From positions 1-38,646 of the forward strand of contig MFEO01000003.1 of NCBI GenBank assembly GCA_001777585.1: DNA of 38,646 bases, read 5' to 3'. Source of the stretch: Candidatus Doudnabacteria bacterium RIFCSPHIGHO2_01_FULL_50_11 (lineage in GTDB: Bacteria; Patescibacteriota; Doudnabacteria; UBA920; 2-01-FULL-50-11). The translations under genes were made by a program, and so were the position numbers. Positions 15,811-23,840 of the stretch are shown here, piece by piece (the first letter of the stretch is position 1; each line of letters begins with the position of its first letter). Under the pieces are notes generated by a model. That model was not told the DNA's origin, did no database searches, and saw only the letters and a program-made list of their open reading frames with translations.

Positions 15811-15838
15811 TCCTCGGTCAGTCCGAGGAATTTGTTTT
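15811..15838 (+). terminator. Rho-independent terminator after the PfkB kinase gene
   Basis: TCCTCGG-tcagt-CCGAGGA forms a 7-bp stem with a 5-nt loop. It is followed by ATTTGTTTT. Confidence 0.7.
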
Positions 15839-15860
15839 ATCAGAAGATTCATAGTATAAT
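15832..15860 (+). promoter_or_regulatory. Sigma70-type promoter for gap (TTGTTT-17 nt-TATAAT)
   Basis: The -35 is at 15832-15837 and overlaps the terminator T-tract. The -10 is a consensus TATAAT at 15855-15860. It lies in an A/T-rich leader 45 nt upstream of ATG 15906. Confidence 0.5.
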
Positions 15861-15905
15861 AAATCGAAAAGTTTAAACAATATTTTAGAAACAAAATCAA
15901 AAAAT

Positions 15906-16922
15906 ATGGCAAAAATTAGGGTCGGGATCAACGGTTTCGGGAGGATTGGGCGGACGGCGTTTAAGATCGTCTCCAAAAAACCCTCAATGGAGGTAGTGGG
16001 GATCAATGATTTGCTGGACACTCAAACACTTGCGCACCTTTTAAAATATGACACGGTTTACGGCCGTTTTGATCTCCCTGTTGATCAAGATGGTAAGAAT
16101 TTGATCGTGAATAAACGGAAGATTCCGGTTACAGCCTTCAAAGATCCCACGCTTTTGCCATGGAAATCTCTTAAGGCAGATGTAGTGCTTGAATGTACCG
16201 GGCGGTATACGAAGGATGGCGAAGCCGCCGCTCACATAAAAGCGGGCGCTGGGAGAGTAATCGTATCTGCCCCGGTACACGGAGGCGGCATCGAGACCTT
16301 CTTGCTTGGAGTGAACGATAAGAAGTACTCGGGCCAACAGGTGATCTCCAATGCCTCCTGTACTACCAATTGCGTGTCGCCGGTAGCCGCTGTTCTGCAG
16401 AATAAATTCGGCATCGTCAAAGGTATGATGACGACTATTCATGCTTATACTGCAGAGCAGAATCTGGTTGACGGCCCACCTCCGGCGCTCAAGCGTGACT
16501 TGCGACGAGCCCGGGCGGCTGCAGCCAACATCATCCCGACTACGAGCGGGGTGGCAGACGCAATGCAGGCAGTGTTACCGGAGCTTTCAGGGAAGTTCGA
16601 CGGTTTGGCGCTTCGGGTGCCCGTGTTGACGGGGTCTATTTCCGATTTTACCGTTCTTGTGTCCCGCAAGACTTCTATTGAGGAAGTGAACCTGGCATTT
16701 CTGGAATACTCCCGTAACCCCATGTATAAACATATTTTGGAAGTGACTAACGATCCGATCGTTTCTTCGGACGTAATAGGCAACACACATTCCGCGATCG
16801 TGGATCTTGGCCTCACGCGCGTACTCGATGGCGATCTAGTCAAGGTCTTTGCCTGGTATGACAATGAATGGGGGTACGCGAGCCGGCTCGTCGAAGAAGT
16901 TGAACTTGTGATGAAGAGTTAA
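15906..16922 (+). CDS. gap: Glyceraldehyde-3-phosphate dehydrogenase (type I)
   Basis: Motifs VGINGFGRIGR, SNASCTTNC (catalytic Cys) and WYDNEWGY. Confidence 0.95.
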   Translation: MAKIRVGINGFGRIGRTAFKIVSKKPSMEVVGINDLLDTQTLAHLLKYDTVYGRFDLPVDQDGKNLIVNKRKIPVTAFKDPTLLPWKSLKADVVLECTGRYTKDGEAAAHIKAGAGRVIVSAPVHGGGIETFLLGVNDKKYSGQQVISNASCTTNCVSPVAAVLQNKFGIVKGMMTTIHAYTAEQNLVDGPPPALKRDLRRARAAAANIIPTTSGVADAMQAVLPELSGKFDGLALRVPVLTGSISDFTVLVSRKTSIEEVNLAFLEYSRNPMYKHILEVTNDPIVSSDVIGNTHSAIVDLGLTRVLDGDLVKVFAWYDNEWGYASRLVEEVELVMKS

Positions 16923-17001
16923 GGTAAAGTTTTAAAACCGTAAACAAATAAATACAAATACCGAACAATTTTCCAAAAACATAAAAAGCCATCTTGGATG
17001 G

Positions 17002-18051
17002 ATGGGTTTGGTATGTGTCGCCTTGATCGTGATTGCCGCGAGCGCGCTTGTGGTTCTGCAGCATCGGTCAGAATCTTTGCGCGAATCTGTCAGTCAATTA
17101 AATACAGTGTCCGAGTGGCAGACATATCGCAACACCAGCCTTGGATTTGAAATTCGCCATCCTGTCGATTGGGCGGTGACCGCGGGAGAGTCAGGGAGCG
17201 AAGCATGGCTCATTGAGAATGGCAGCAACTCGACATCACGCGGGGAGATCTATATCAGTGTTCAGAAAAATATCGATTCACTTTCGCTGGTAAAGCTATC
17301 GCAATCCGAAAAAGACCGGGAAGGCGGGTATAGTATTTTGAAATCGTATTATGACCCGGACAAGCAAATCGAAATCGACGGGGAAACTGCAATTCAGATG
17401 CGCATACTCAAGCCTGACACTCCGCCGATGGTCTACGATAAAACATGGGTTGGGACGCTCGTCAAGACAACGGTTTTCGTCTCCAGCGGCAACATTTTCA
17501 CTATACAACTGACCTCGCCCCGCGATGCTGAAAAGAACGAGAAATTATACGATCAGGTCCTCGCGACCTTCAAATTCATTAGTCAGCAAGCCACGACCGA
17601 TATAGCAGGTTGGAAAACTTATCGGAATGAAATAGATGGATTTGAAATACAGTATCCGGCGACGGCTGTCACAACAACACAGAATACTGTCAACCATTTG
17701 GCGGTTGCCACGAATAAGCAGTGTGTGTCTATAAGTCCTTATAATAGTGGAAACGAATACGTAGGTTGCCAGGAGATAGAGGCGTGGACAGATCAGGTGA
17801 AGGCCAATTTCGAAGGCGGCACGACTAGGGTCTTGTTGGATTCCTGGGCAGGGGAAGAGTATAACTTCACAACGCCGCAAGATTATATGATCAATGATGT
17901 TCGTATACACATACCCCAGGGTGAACTCTATGCACAGGTTTTTCGTGGAGGCACGTGGTATAAGGTTCATCTTCGCTATCATTTAGATGAGCAGCAAAAA
18001 GGAGAGGAGCTTTTTAATCAAATCATATCTACCTTCAAATTCACAAAGTAG
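17002..18051 (+). CDS. Membrane-anchored or secreted protein of unknown function made of two tandem copies of a W-x-T-Y-R-N...T-F-K-F module
   Basis: The N-terminal hydrophobic anchor is LVCVALIVIAASALVVL. Module 1 runs WQTYRNTSLGFEIRHP...VLATFKF and module 2 runs WKTYRNEIDGFEIQYP...IISTFKF. The stop TAG abuts the pgk ATG directly. Confidence 0.7.
   Translation: MGLVCVALIVIAASALVVLQHRSESLRESVSQLNTVSEWQTYRNTSLGFEIRHPVDWAVTAGESGSEAWLIENGSNSTSRGEIYISVQKNIDSLSLVKLSQSEKDREGGYSILKSYYDPDKQIEIDGETAIQMRILKPDTPPMVYDKTWVGTLVKTTVFVSSGNIFTIQLTSPRDAEKNEKLYDQVLATFKFISQQATTDIAGWKTYRNEIDGFEIQYPATAVTTTQNTVNHLAVATNKQCVSISPYNSGNEYVGCQEIEAWTDQVKANFEGGTTRVLLDSWAGEEYNFTTPQDYMINDVRIHIPQGELYAQVFRGGTWYKVHLRYHLDEQQKGEELFNQIISTFKFTK
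17116..18042 (+). repeat. Protein-level tandem domain duplication (module 1 at 17116-17577, module 2 at 17611-18042)
   Basis: Both modules open with W-[QK]-T-Y-R-N-x3-G-F-E-I-x-[HY]-P and close with [LI]-[AS]-T-F-K-F. The interiors have diverged, so this is an old duplication and not a DNA repeat. Confidence 0.7.
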
Positions 18052-19296
18052 ATGAATCTTCCCTCCCTCAAGAAAGCAAATGTTAAGAATAAGGCCATCC
18101 TTGTGCGGACGGATTTTGACGTCCCGATGACGAAGGGATTGGATGGTCTGGAAGTGAAGGATGATTTCCGCCTGCAGCGCTCGATTGAGACCATCCGGTA
18201 TCTAATTGATCAAGACTGCAAGGTTGTCTTGCTTTCCAAGCTTGGTCGGCCCAAGGGCCAGGACCCGAAGTTATCCCTGAAGCCGGTTGCGCAGAAAGTG
18301 GCCGAGCTTTTGCGATATGGATTTTTTCCCGTAGCTCCGCGAGCGCGAAAGTTGCCCGAACACGACATACCCCGCATGTATTTTCTCGAGGGTAGCCCCA
18401 TTGCTTCTCGGGTGGAAGCGTTCCTTCCGTCAATAGTCAAAAAGGACATTGTATGTTTGGATAATCTTTTGTTTGAGGGCGGGGAGAAAGAGGGAGACTT
18501 GGATTTTGCCAAAAAACTGTCCCAATACGGGGAAATTTATGTTAACGACAGCTTCGCAACGGCTCACCGAGAGTACGCCTCTGTAGTCGCCCTGCCGGGA
18601 CTGCTGCCTCACTATGCCGGGTTGAACTTCGAACAAGAAATCAAAACGCTTTCGCTTGTGCTCGATCGGCCCAAGCGCCCTTATATCGCCATGATCGGCG
18701 GCGTCAAGCTGGGGGAAAAACTAGACGGTCTCGAAGGCATGATCGAGCATGCCGACCGTGTACTCCTGGGTGGAGGATTGGCGACTTTATTTTTTGCGGT
18801 GTTAGACTACCAGACTGGCAAGTCAATACTCGAGGGCGGCAGCGTGTCCGATGCACGCGAGATCTGGAGAAATTATAAAGACAAGATAGTCCTGCCCAAA
18901 GACGTCGTTGTCGCCAGAAGCCTGAAACAGGCCGGAACCGCGAGAGTTTCGGCTCCGCACAGCATTTCACCCGGGGAAATGATACTCGATATTGGACCCG
19001 AGACAATACGCTCTTATAGCGAGTTTATAAAGCAAGGGAGGACTTTGGTATGGAGCGGACCGATGGGCATGTTTGAAGTTGATGCTTTCGCGCACGGAAC
19101 CAAAGCGCTCGGACGACTGTTCGCTTCGCGATGCCGGGGTATCGCGTTCGGGGTGGCAGGTGGCGGCAATACACTCGATGCTCTCGACCGGATAAAAATG
19201 GGACAATACATCGACTTTCTGTCTTGCGGAGGCAGCGCCATGCTTCAGTTCTTAGGTCGCGAGACGATGCCGGCGATCGAGGCTTTGACTCAATAA
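18052..19296 (+). CDS. pgk: Phosphoglycerate kinase
   Basis: Motifs VRTDFDVP, DDFRLQRSIETIRYL, FATAHR, GGVKLGEK, GPMGMFE and GGGNTLDAL. Confidence 0.95.
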   Translation: MNLPSLKKANVKNKAILVRTDFDVPMTKGLDGLEVKDDFRLQRSIETIRYLIDQDCKVVLLSKLGRPKGQDPKLSLKPVAQKVAELLRYGFFPVAPRARKLPEHDIPRMYFLEGSPIASRVEAFLPSIVKKDIVCLDNLLFEGGEKEGDLDFAKKLSQYGEIYVNDSFATAHREYASVVALPGLLPHYAGLNFEQEIKTLSLVLDRPKRPYIAMIGGVKLGEKLDGLEGMIEHADRVLLGGGLATLFFAVLDYQTGKSILEGGSVSDAREIWRNYKDKIVLPKDVVVARSLKQAGTARVSAPHSISPGEMILDIGPETIRSYSEFIKQGRTLVWSGPMGMFEVDAFAHGTKALGRLFASRCRGIAFGVAGGGNTLDALDRIKMGQYIDFLSCGGSAMLQFLGRETMPAIEALTQ

Positions 19297-19300
19297 GCCC

Positions 19301-20572
19301 ATGGCATTAAAAAGCGCGAAAATAAAATCATTGCACGCCCTGGAGATTCTCGACTCTCGGGGAATTCCTACCCTGGAAGTCTCGGTTGTTTTATACGATG
19401 GTACAGTCGGGTGCGCTAGCGTTCCGGCGGGTACGTCCTCGGGCTCACACGAGGCTTATGAGCTCCGTGATCATGATGAGAAGCGCTATCGCGGTCAGGG
19501 GATGATGCGGGCGATTGAGTCAGTGGAGAAGAAGATTTTTCGACACGTAGAAGGCATGGTCGTAGATTCCCAACAGGAAATCGACAAGGCCATCGTCTCT
19601 GCTGATCCCGATCCTCAGAAATCACACATTGGTTCAAATGCCGCGCTCGGCGTGTCTTTAGCCTGCGCTCGCGCCGCGGCTACAGTTTCCGGCCTGCCAC
19701 TATATCGATATATTAGAGAAGCCTACCAGATGCCCGACACCCGGTATCGGCTGCCACAGCCTATGTTCAATCTTTTAAACGGCGGAGCTCACGCAGATTC
19801 GGGCATGGACATCCAAGAATTCATGTTGGTGCCGCAAGCGGCTTCTTTTGCCGAGTCAGTCCGATGGGCTGCGGAGACTTTCGCCGAACTTAAGGATATT
19901 CTCGCATCCCGTGGACTTGCAGTCGGAGTCGGGTTGGAAGGCGGATTCTCTCCCGGGTTGAGCGGCAATCGGGAAGCCCTCAATGTGCTCGCGCAAGCAA
20001 TACAGAGGGTGAGCCTGCCCGCTGATTCTGCGCGGATCGCGCTTGACGTGGCTGCGACCCTGCTCACTCGGGGTGGGCAGGCCGGTGAATATTTTTTCAA
20101 GCGGGAAAAAGCGTCTTTTTCCCGCGACCAGCTGATTGCCTGGTACGCTGAATTGGCAAAAACTTACCCGATCCTTTCTATCGAAGACGGTCTGGGGGAG
20201 GACGACTGGGCAGGTTGGCAGATTCTCTGTAAGCGCTTGCGAGATACCATACTCGTGGTAGGAGATGATTTGACCGTGACCAGTACGCAGAGGCTTCAGA
20301 AGGCGATTGATACCCAGGCCATCAGTGCACTCATCATCAAGCCCAATCAGGTCGGAACATTGTCTCAGACAATAGCCTGCGCACAACTCGCGCACCAACA
20401 CGGCATAAAGCGCATCGTGTCGCATCGGTCAGGCGACACGCCTGATACTTTCATTGCTGATCTTGCCGTCGCTTTGGGTGCCGAGTATATCAAGGCAGGC
20501 TCGGTCACGCGCGGTGAGAGGGTCGCCAAATACAATAGACTGCTGCAGATTGAGAAAGAGTTATCTATATAA
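19301..20572 (+). CDS. eno: Enolase
   Basis: Motifs ILDSRGIPTLEV, LNGGAHAD, IKPNQVGT and SHRSGDTPDTFIADLAV. Confidence 0.95.
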   Translation: MALKSAKIKSLHALEILDSRGIPTLEVSVVLYDGTVGCASVPAGTSSGSHEAYELRDHDEKRYRGQGMMRAIESVEKKIFRHVEGMVVDSQQEIDKAIVSADPDPQKSHIGSNAALGVSLACARAAATVSGLPLYRYIREAYQMPDTRYRLPQPMFNLLNGGAHADSGMDIQEFMLVPQAASFAESVRWAAETFAELKDILASRGLAVGVGLEGGFSPGLSGNREALNVLAQAIQRVSLPADSARIALDVAATLLTRGGQAGEYFFKREKASFSRDQLIAWYAELAKTYPILSIEDGLGEDDWAGWQILCKRLRDTILVVGDDLTVTSTQRLQKAIDTQAISALIIKPNQVGTLSQTIACAQLAHQHGIKRIVSHRSGDTPDTFIADLAVALGAEYIKAGSVTRGERVAKYNRLLQIEKELSI

Positions 20573-20589
20573 GTTTTATTTTTTCCCCA

Positions 20590-22170
20590 ATGGAGAAGAA
20601 AAAATTAGTCGTTCTCACAGTTTTGGATGGTTGGGGGATAGCTCCTCCCGGCGACGGGAATGCCATCGCATCCGCAAAAAAAACAAATTATAATCGTTTT
20701 CTCAAGGATTTCCCAACAAGCCAACTTTCTGCCTCGGGACGCGATGTCGGGTTGAAAGAGGACGAACCGGGTAATTCGGAAGCGGGTCATGAAAATATGG
20801 GCGCCGGGCGGACAATTGAACAAGATAAAATCCTAATTTCGGAAAGCATCCGGGACGGTACTTTCTTCAAAAACGCAGCTTTCGTGGAAGCGCTTAATCA
20901 CGCGAAGAAAAATCGTAGTTCCGTGCACCTGATCGGCTTGTTGTCGGACGAGCGTTCGGGACATGTCGAGCCTGAACACGCCGAGGCGCTATTGTTGTTT
21001 TTCAAACGAAATAATTTCGAGAGAGTTTACCTCCATATTCTCACTGATGGTAGAGATACTCCTCCAAAATCAGCTGAACAATTCCTTAAACGGATGATTC
21101 TGGCTATGAATAGCATCGGGATTGGAACTGTAGTGACGGTTGCCGGAAGATACTATGCCATGGATCGCGCTCATAATTATTCCCGGGTCTGGCGAGCGTA
21201 TGAGGCCATGGTATACGGACGAGGACGGGTAGCCGAGAATGCGTATCAGGCGATCCAGAAGGCTTATAATCGAGGCGAGACCGACGAATTTATTGCTCCC
21301 ACTGTTATTCCTCAGCCTCGGAAAACCGGGGGATCTGCGCCTGTTACCATCAAGGAAGGCGATTCGGTCATCTTCTACAATCTTCGCTCTGATCGGGCTC
21401 GACAGCTGACCCGTGTCTTCCTGCAGCCCGATTTCATCGATGGGGAGGCGGGAGAAGTGTGGGAATTTAAAAAATTCGAAGATTTATTTTTCGTCACTAT
21501 GACTGAATTCTCAAGCGATTTCCCCGCGCTTATCGCTTATCCGACGCGGTTAGTATTCAATTGCCTGCCGGCTTATTTGGAGAAATTCAACGATGTTCAT
21601 CAGCTCTATATTTCGGAATCGGAAAAATTCGCACACGTAACGTATTTTTTCCACGGCAATACTAATCGCGTTTTCCGTAACGAAAAGCGGGTGAGGATTG
21701 ATTCCCGACCCGTTGCCACCTTTGATCTGGAACCAAAAATGAGCGCCCCCGAGATTACTGATCAGCTCGTCGACAACTTGCGTACAGGTTTGTACAATTT
21801 TTGCCTGGTCAATTTTCCTAATGCGGACATGTTGGGTCATACAGGAGACATCAAGGCCGCGAAACTAGGGATTCAAGAGATCGACAAGCAACTCGGGCGT
21901 TTATGGGAAGCGGTGAGGGCCCAGCGCGGCGCAATGATTATCACCGGCGACCATGGTAACGCAGAAGAGATGATCGACCCTCATACAAAAGAGCAGCTCC
22001 AAGAACATTCTCGTAATCCAGTGCCGTTCATATTGTTAGATGAGAACCTTCGCGGCCAATCCGTAAATTTGCGAACCGGGACACTACGGGATATCGCGCC
22101 AACAGTGTTGGACTTAATGGGTCTTTCAAAGCCGAAAGAGATGCTTGGCGTTAGCCTCTTGCGGCACTAG
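20590..22170 (+). CDS. gpmI: 2,3-bisphosphoglycerate-independent phosphoglycerate mutase, copy 1 (variant GGVHSH region)
   Basis: Motifs VLDGWG, NSEAGHENMGAGR (phospho-Ser motif), TDGRDT, NADMLGHTG, GDHGNAE and HSRNPVP. The usual LLSDGGVHSH block reads LLSDERSGHVEPEH. Confidence 0.9.
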   Translation: MEKKKLVVLTVLDGWGIAPPGDGNAIASAKKTNYNRFLKDFPTSQLSASGRDVGLKEDEPGNSEAGHENMGAGRTIEQDKILISESIRDGTFFKNAAFVEALNHAKKNRSSVHLIGLLSDERSGHVEPEHAEALLLFFKRNNFERVYLHILTDGRDTPPKSAEQFLKRMILAMNSIGIGTVVTVAGRYYAMDRAHNYSRVWRAYEAMVYGRGRVAENAYQAIQKAYNRGETDEFIAPTVIPQPRKTGGSAPVTIKEGDSVIFYNLRSDRARQLTRVFLQPDFIDGEAGEVWEFKKFEDLFFVTMTEFSSDFPALIAYPTRLVFNCLPAYLEKFNDVHQLYISESEKFAHVTYFFHGNTNRVFRNEKRVRIDSRPVATFDLEPKMSAPEITDQLVDNLRTGLYNFCLVNFPNADMLGHTGDIKAAKLGIQEIDKQLGRLWEAVRAQRGAMIITGDHGNAEEMIDPHTKEQLQEHSRNPVPFILLDENLRGQSVNLRTGTLRDIAPTVLDLMGLSKPKEMLGVSLLRH

Positions 22171-22179
22171 CGAAATCTT

Positions 22180-23796
22180 ATGAAACTAGTTTTCAAAAAA
22201 ATACTCCTCATCGTGCTGGACGGATTTGGCGTCGCATCAGCGACTCCGGGTAATGCAATTTGTCGCGCGTCAGCTTCAACCTTCGATTCACTCGTGAACC
22301 GCTATCCGTCGTTGACCCTGCAAGCAGCGGGACCGAATGTGGGATTGCCCTGGGGAGAGCCGGGGAATTCAGAAGTAGGTCACATGTGTTTGGGTGCTGG
22401 CAGGATAGTGCTTCAAGACTTACCGAGAATCGATCGCGAGATAACGTCTGGATCATTTTTCAAAAACGAGGCCCTTATAAGCGCGATAGAACATGCACTG
22501 ACCAACCATTCAGCTCTCCACCTGATTGGCTTGTTGGGTTCAGGGGGCGTTCATGCGTCCCAATTGCACCTCTATGCTCTTCTTGATCTGGCGGTGTCGA
22601 AGGGATTGAAGGAAATATACATTCACGCCATCACTGATGGGCGTGACACTCCTCAGGACTCCGGTAGAGAAGCGGTCAAGGAATTGGAGAAGAAAATTTT
22701 GCAAAACGGCGGCGGAAGAATCGCCTCTGTCACGGGAAGATTTTTCGCAATGGATCGGGCGCAACATTGGGATTTAACCGAACTGGCATTCCGAGCCATG
22801 GTTTTAGGCCAAGCACAGACAGCCAGCTCAGCGCTTGGGGCAGTAGATGAGTATTATCGCGTTTCAGTCTTCGACGAGACGATTCCTCCCACCCTGATTG
22901 TCCCTCCCGGAACCCAGCCTATTGGTATCAAGAGCTCTGACTCGGTCATCTGCTTCAATTTCCGCGCCGACCGCATGATCCAGTTGACGACAGCCTTAAC
23001 CGATCCCTCCAGGTGCAAATTTTCCACGGCTTATCCACGTATTCTCAATATTGAAGTTGTGACGATGACAGAGTATAGTCGGGATTTGGAAGTCAAAGTG
23101 GCTTTTCCAAAGATCGTAGTACCCGAAACTATCAGTGAGGTGCTTGCTGCAAAAAGCCTGAAACAGTACCATGTTTCAGAGACAGAAAAATTCCCGCACG
23201 TGACTTATTTTTTCAGCAATGGCCGGGAAGAGCCAGGCACGGGGGAAGTTTGGGATAAGGTGTCCTCCAACACTTTGTACGAAGAACGTTATCAGAATGT
23301 TCCGCAGATGTCCGCACCCGAGCTCACTCAGAGGCTCATAGAGGCGATCGATAAAGATTTTGATTTTTATCTCCTCAATTTTGCGAACCCCGACATGGTC
23401 GGGCACACAGGGAATCTTACCGCTTCAATCGCGGCAGTAAAGGCGATTGACGAATGCCTGCGGAGAATTTACCAAGTGACCGAGAAGCATCCGGAGCTTC
23501 TGATAATGATTACCGCGGATCACGGGAACATAGAGGAAGTACATGAAGTGCATAGCGGGAGAATCCATAAGTCGCACACCACCAATCCGGTGCCGCTGCT
23601 CTTGATTGGCCGGGGACTCGAACTACCCCGACCCCGGAAGCCTGGCTATCTCTATCTGGCAACTCAAGTTCCGGAAGGACTATTGTCCGACGTAGCACCT
23701 ACCTTGCTTGATATCATGCACCTTCCTAAACCCCAGCAAATGACCGGTATCAGCCTGCTGCCGACCTTGATTCGCCAGTTGAGGAAGCCGCAGTAA
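22180..23796 (+). CDS. gpmI: 2,3-bisphosphoglycerate-independent phosphoglycerate mutase, copy 2 (more canonical)
   Basis: Motifs VLDGFG, NSEVGHMCLGAGR, LLGSGGVHAS, TDGRDT, NPDMVGHTG, ADHGNIE and HTTNPVP. The start is 9 nt after copy 1. Confidence 0.9.
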   Translation: MKLVFKKILLIVLDGFGVASATPGNAICRASASTFDSLVNRYPSLTLQAAGPNVGLPWGEPGNSEVGHMCLGAGRIVLQDLPRIDREITSGSFFKNEALISAIEHALTNHSALHLIGLLGSGGVHASQLHLYALLDLAVSKGLKEIYIHAITDGRDTPQDSGREAVKELEKKILQNGGGRIASVTGRFFAMDRAQHWDLTELAFRAMVLGQAQTASSALGAVDEYYRVSVFDETIPPTLIVPPGTQPIGIKSSDSVICFNFRADRMIQLTTALTDPSRCKFSTAYPRILNIEVVTMTEYSRDLEVKVAFPKIVVPETISEVLAAKSLKQYHVSETEKFPHVTYFFSNGREEPGTGEVWDKVSSNTLYEERYQNVPQMSAPELTQRLIEAIDKDFDFYLLNFANPDMVGHTGNLTASIAAVKAIDECLRRIYQVTEKHPELLIMITADHGNIEEVHEVHSGRIHKSHTTNPVPLLLIGRGLELPRPRKPGYLYLATQVPEGLLSDVAPTLLDIMHLPKPQQMTGISLLPTLIRQLRKPQ

Positions 23797-23809
23797 GCAA
23801 CAGCGAGTG

Positions 23810-23818
23810 TGATATACT
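23810..23818 (+). promoter_or_regulatory. Extended -10 promoter element TGaTATACT upstream of acs
   Basis: A TGn+TATACT motif located 14 nt after the gpmI-2 stop. It sits inside a GTGAT...ATCAC inverted repeat. Confidence 0.45.
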
Positions 23819-23840
23819 ATAAGCATCACGCCTTTCAAAC

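Noticed and set aside
15790-15876. A 28-codon ORF (MNFFSKLSSVSPRNLFYQKIHSIINRKV) in the pfkB-gap intergenic region.
   Set aside because: It runs straight through the terminator hairpin and the gap promoter elements. It has no SD and is most likely fortuitous.
16929-16938. The AT-rich palindrome GTTTTAAAAC after gap, considered as a possible terminator or operator.
   Set aside because: The stem would be only A/U-rich with a minimal loop and no T-tract. Short AT palindromes are expected by chance in an A/T-rich spacer.
19856-20425. A 189-aa minus-strand ORF inside eno. Similar cases are 28197-28688 inside korB, 33853-34407 inside mreB and 7442-7951 inside pyrF.
   Set aside because: All of these lie fully within, and antisense to, genes with unambiguous family motifs. 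None has start-site or motif support.
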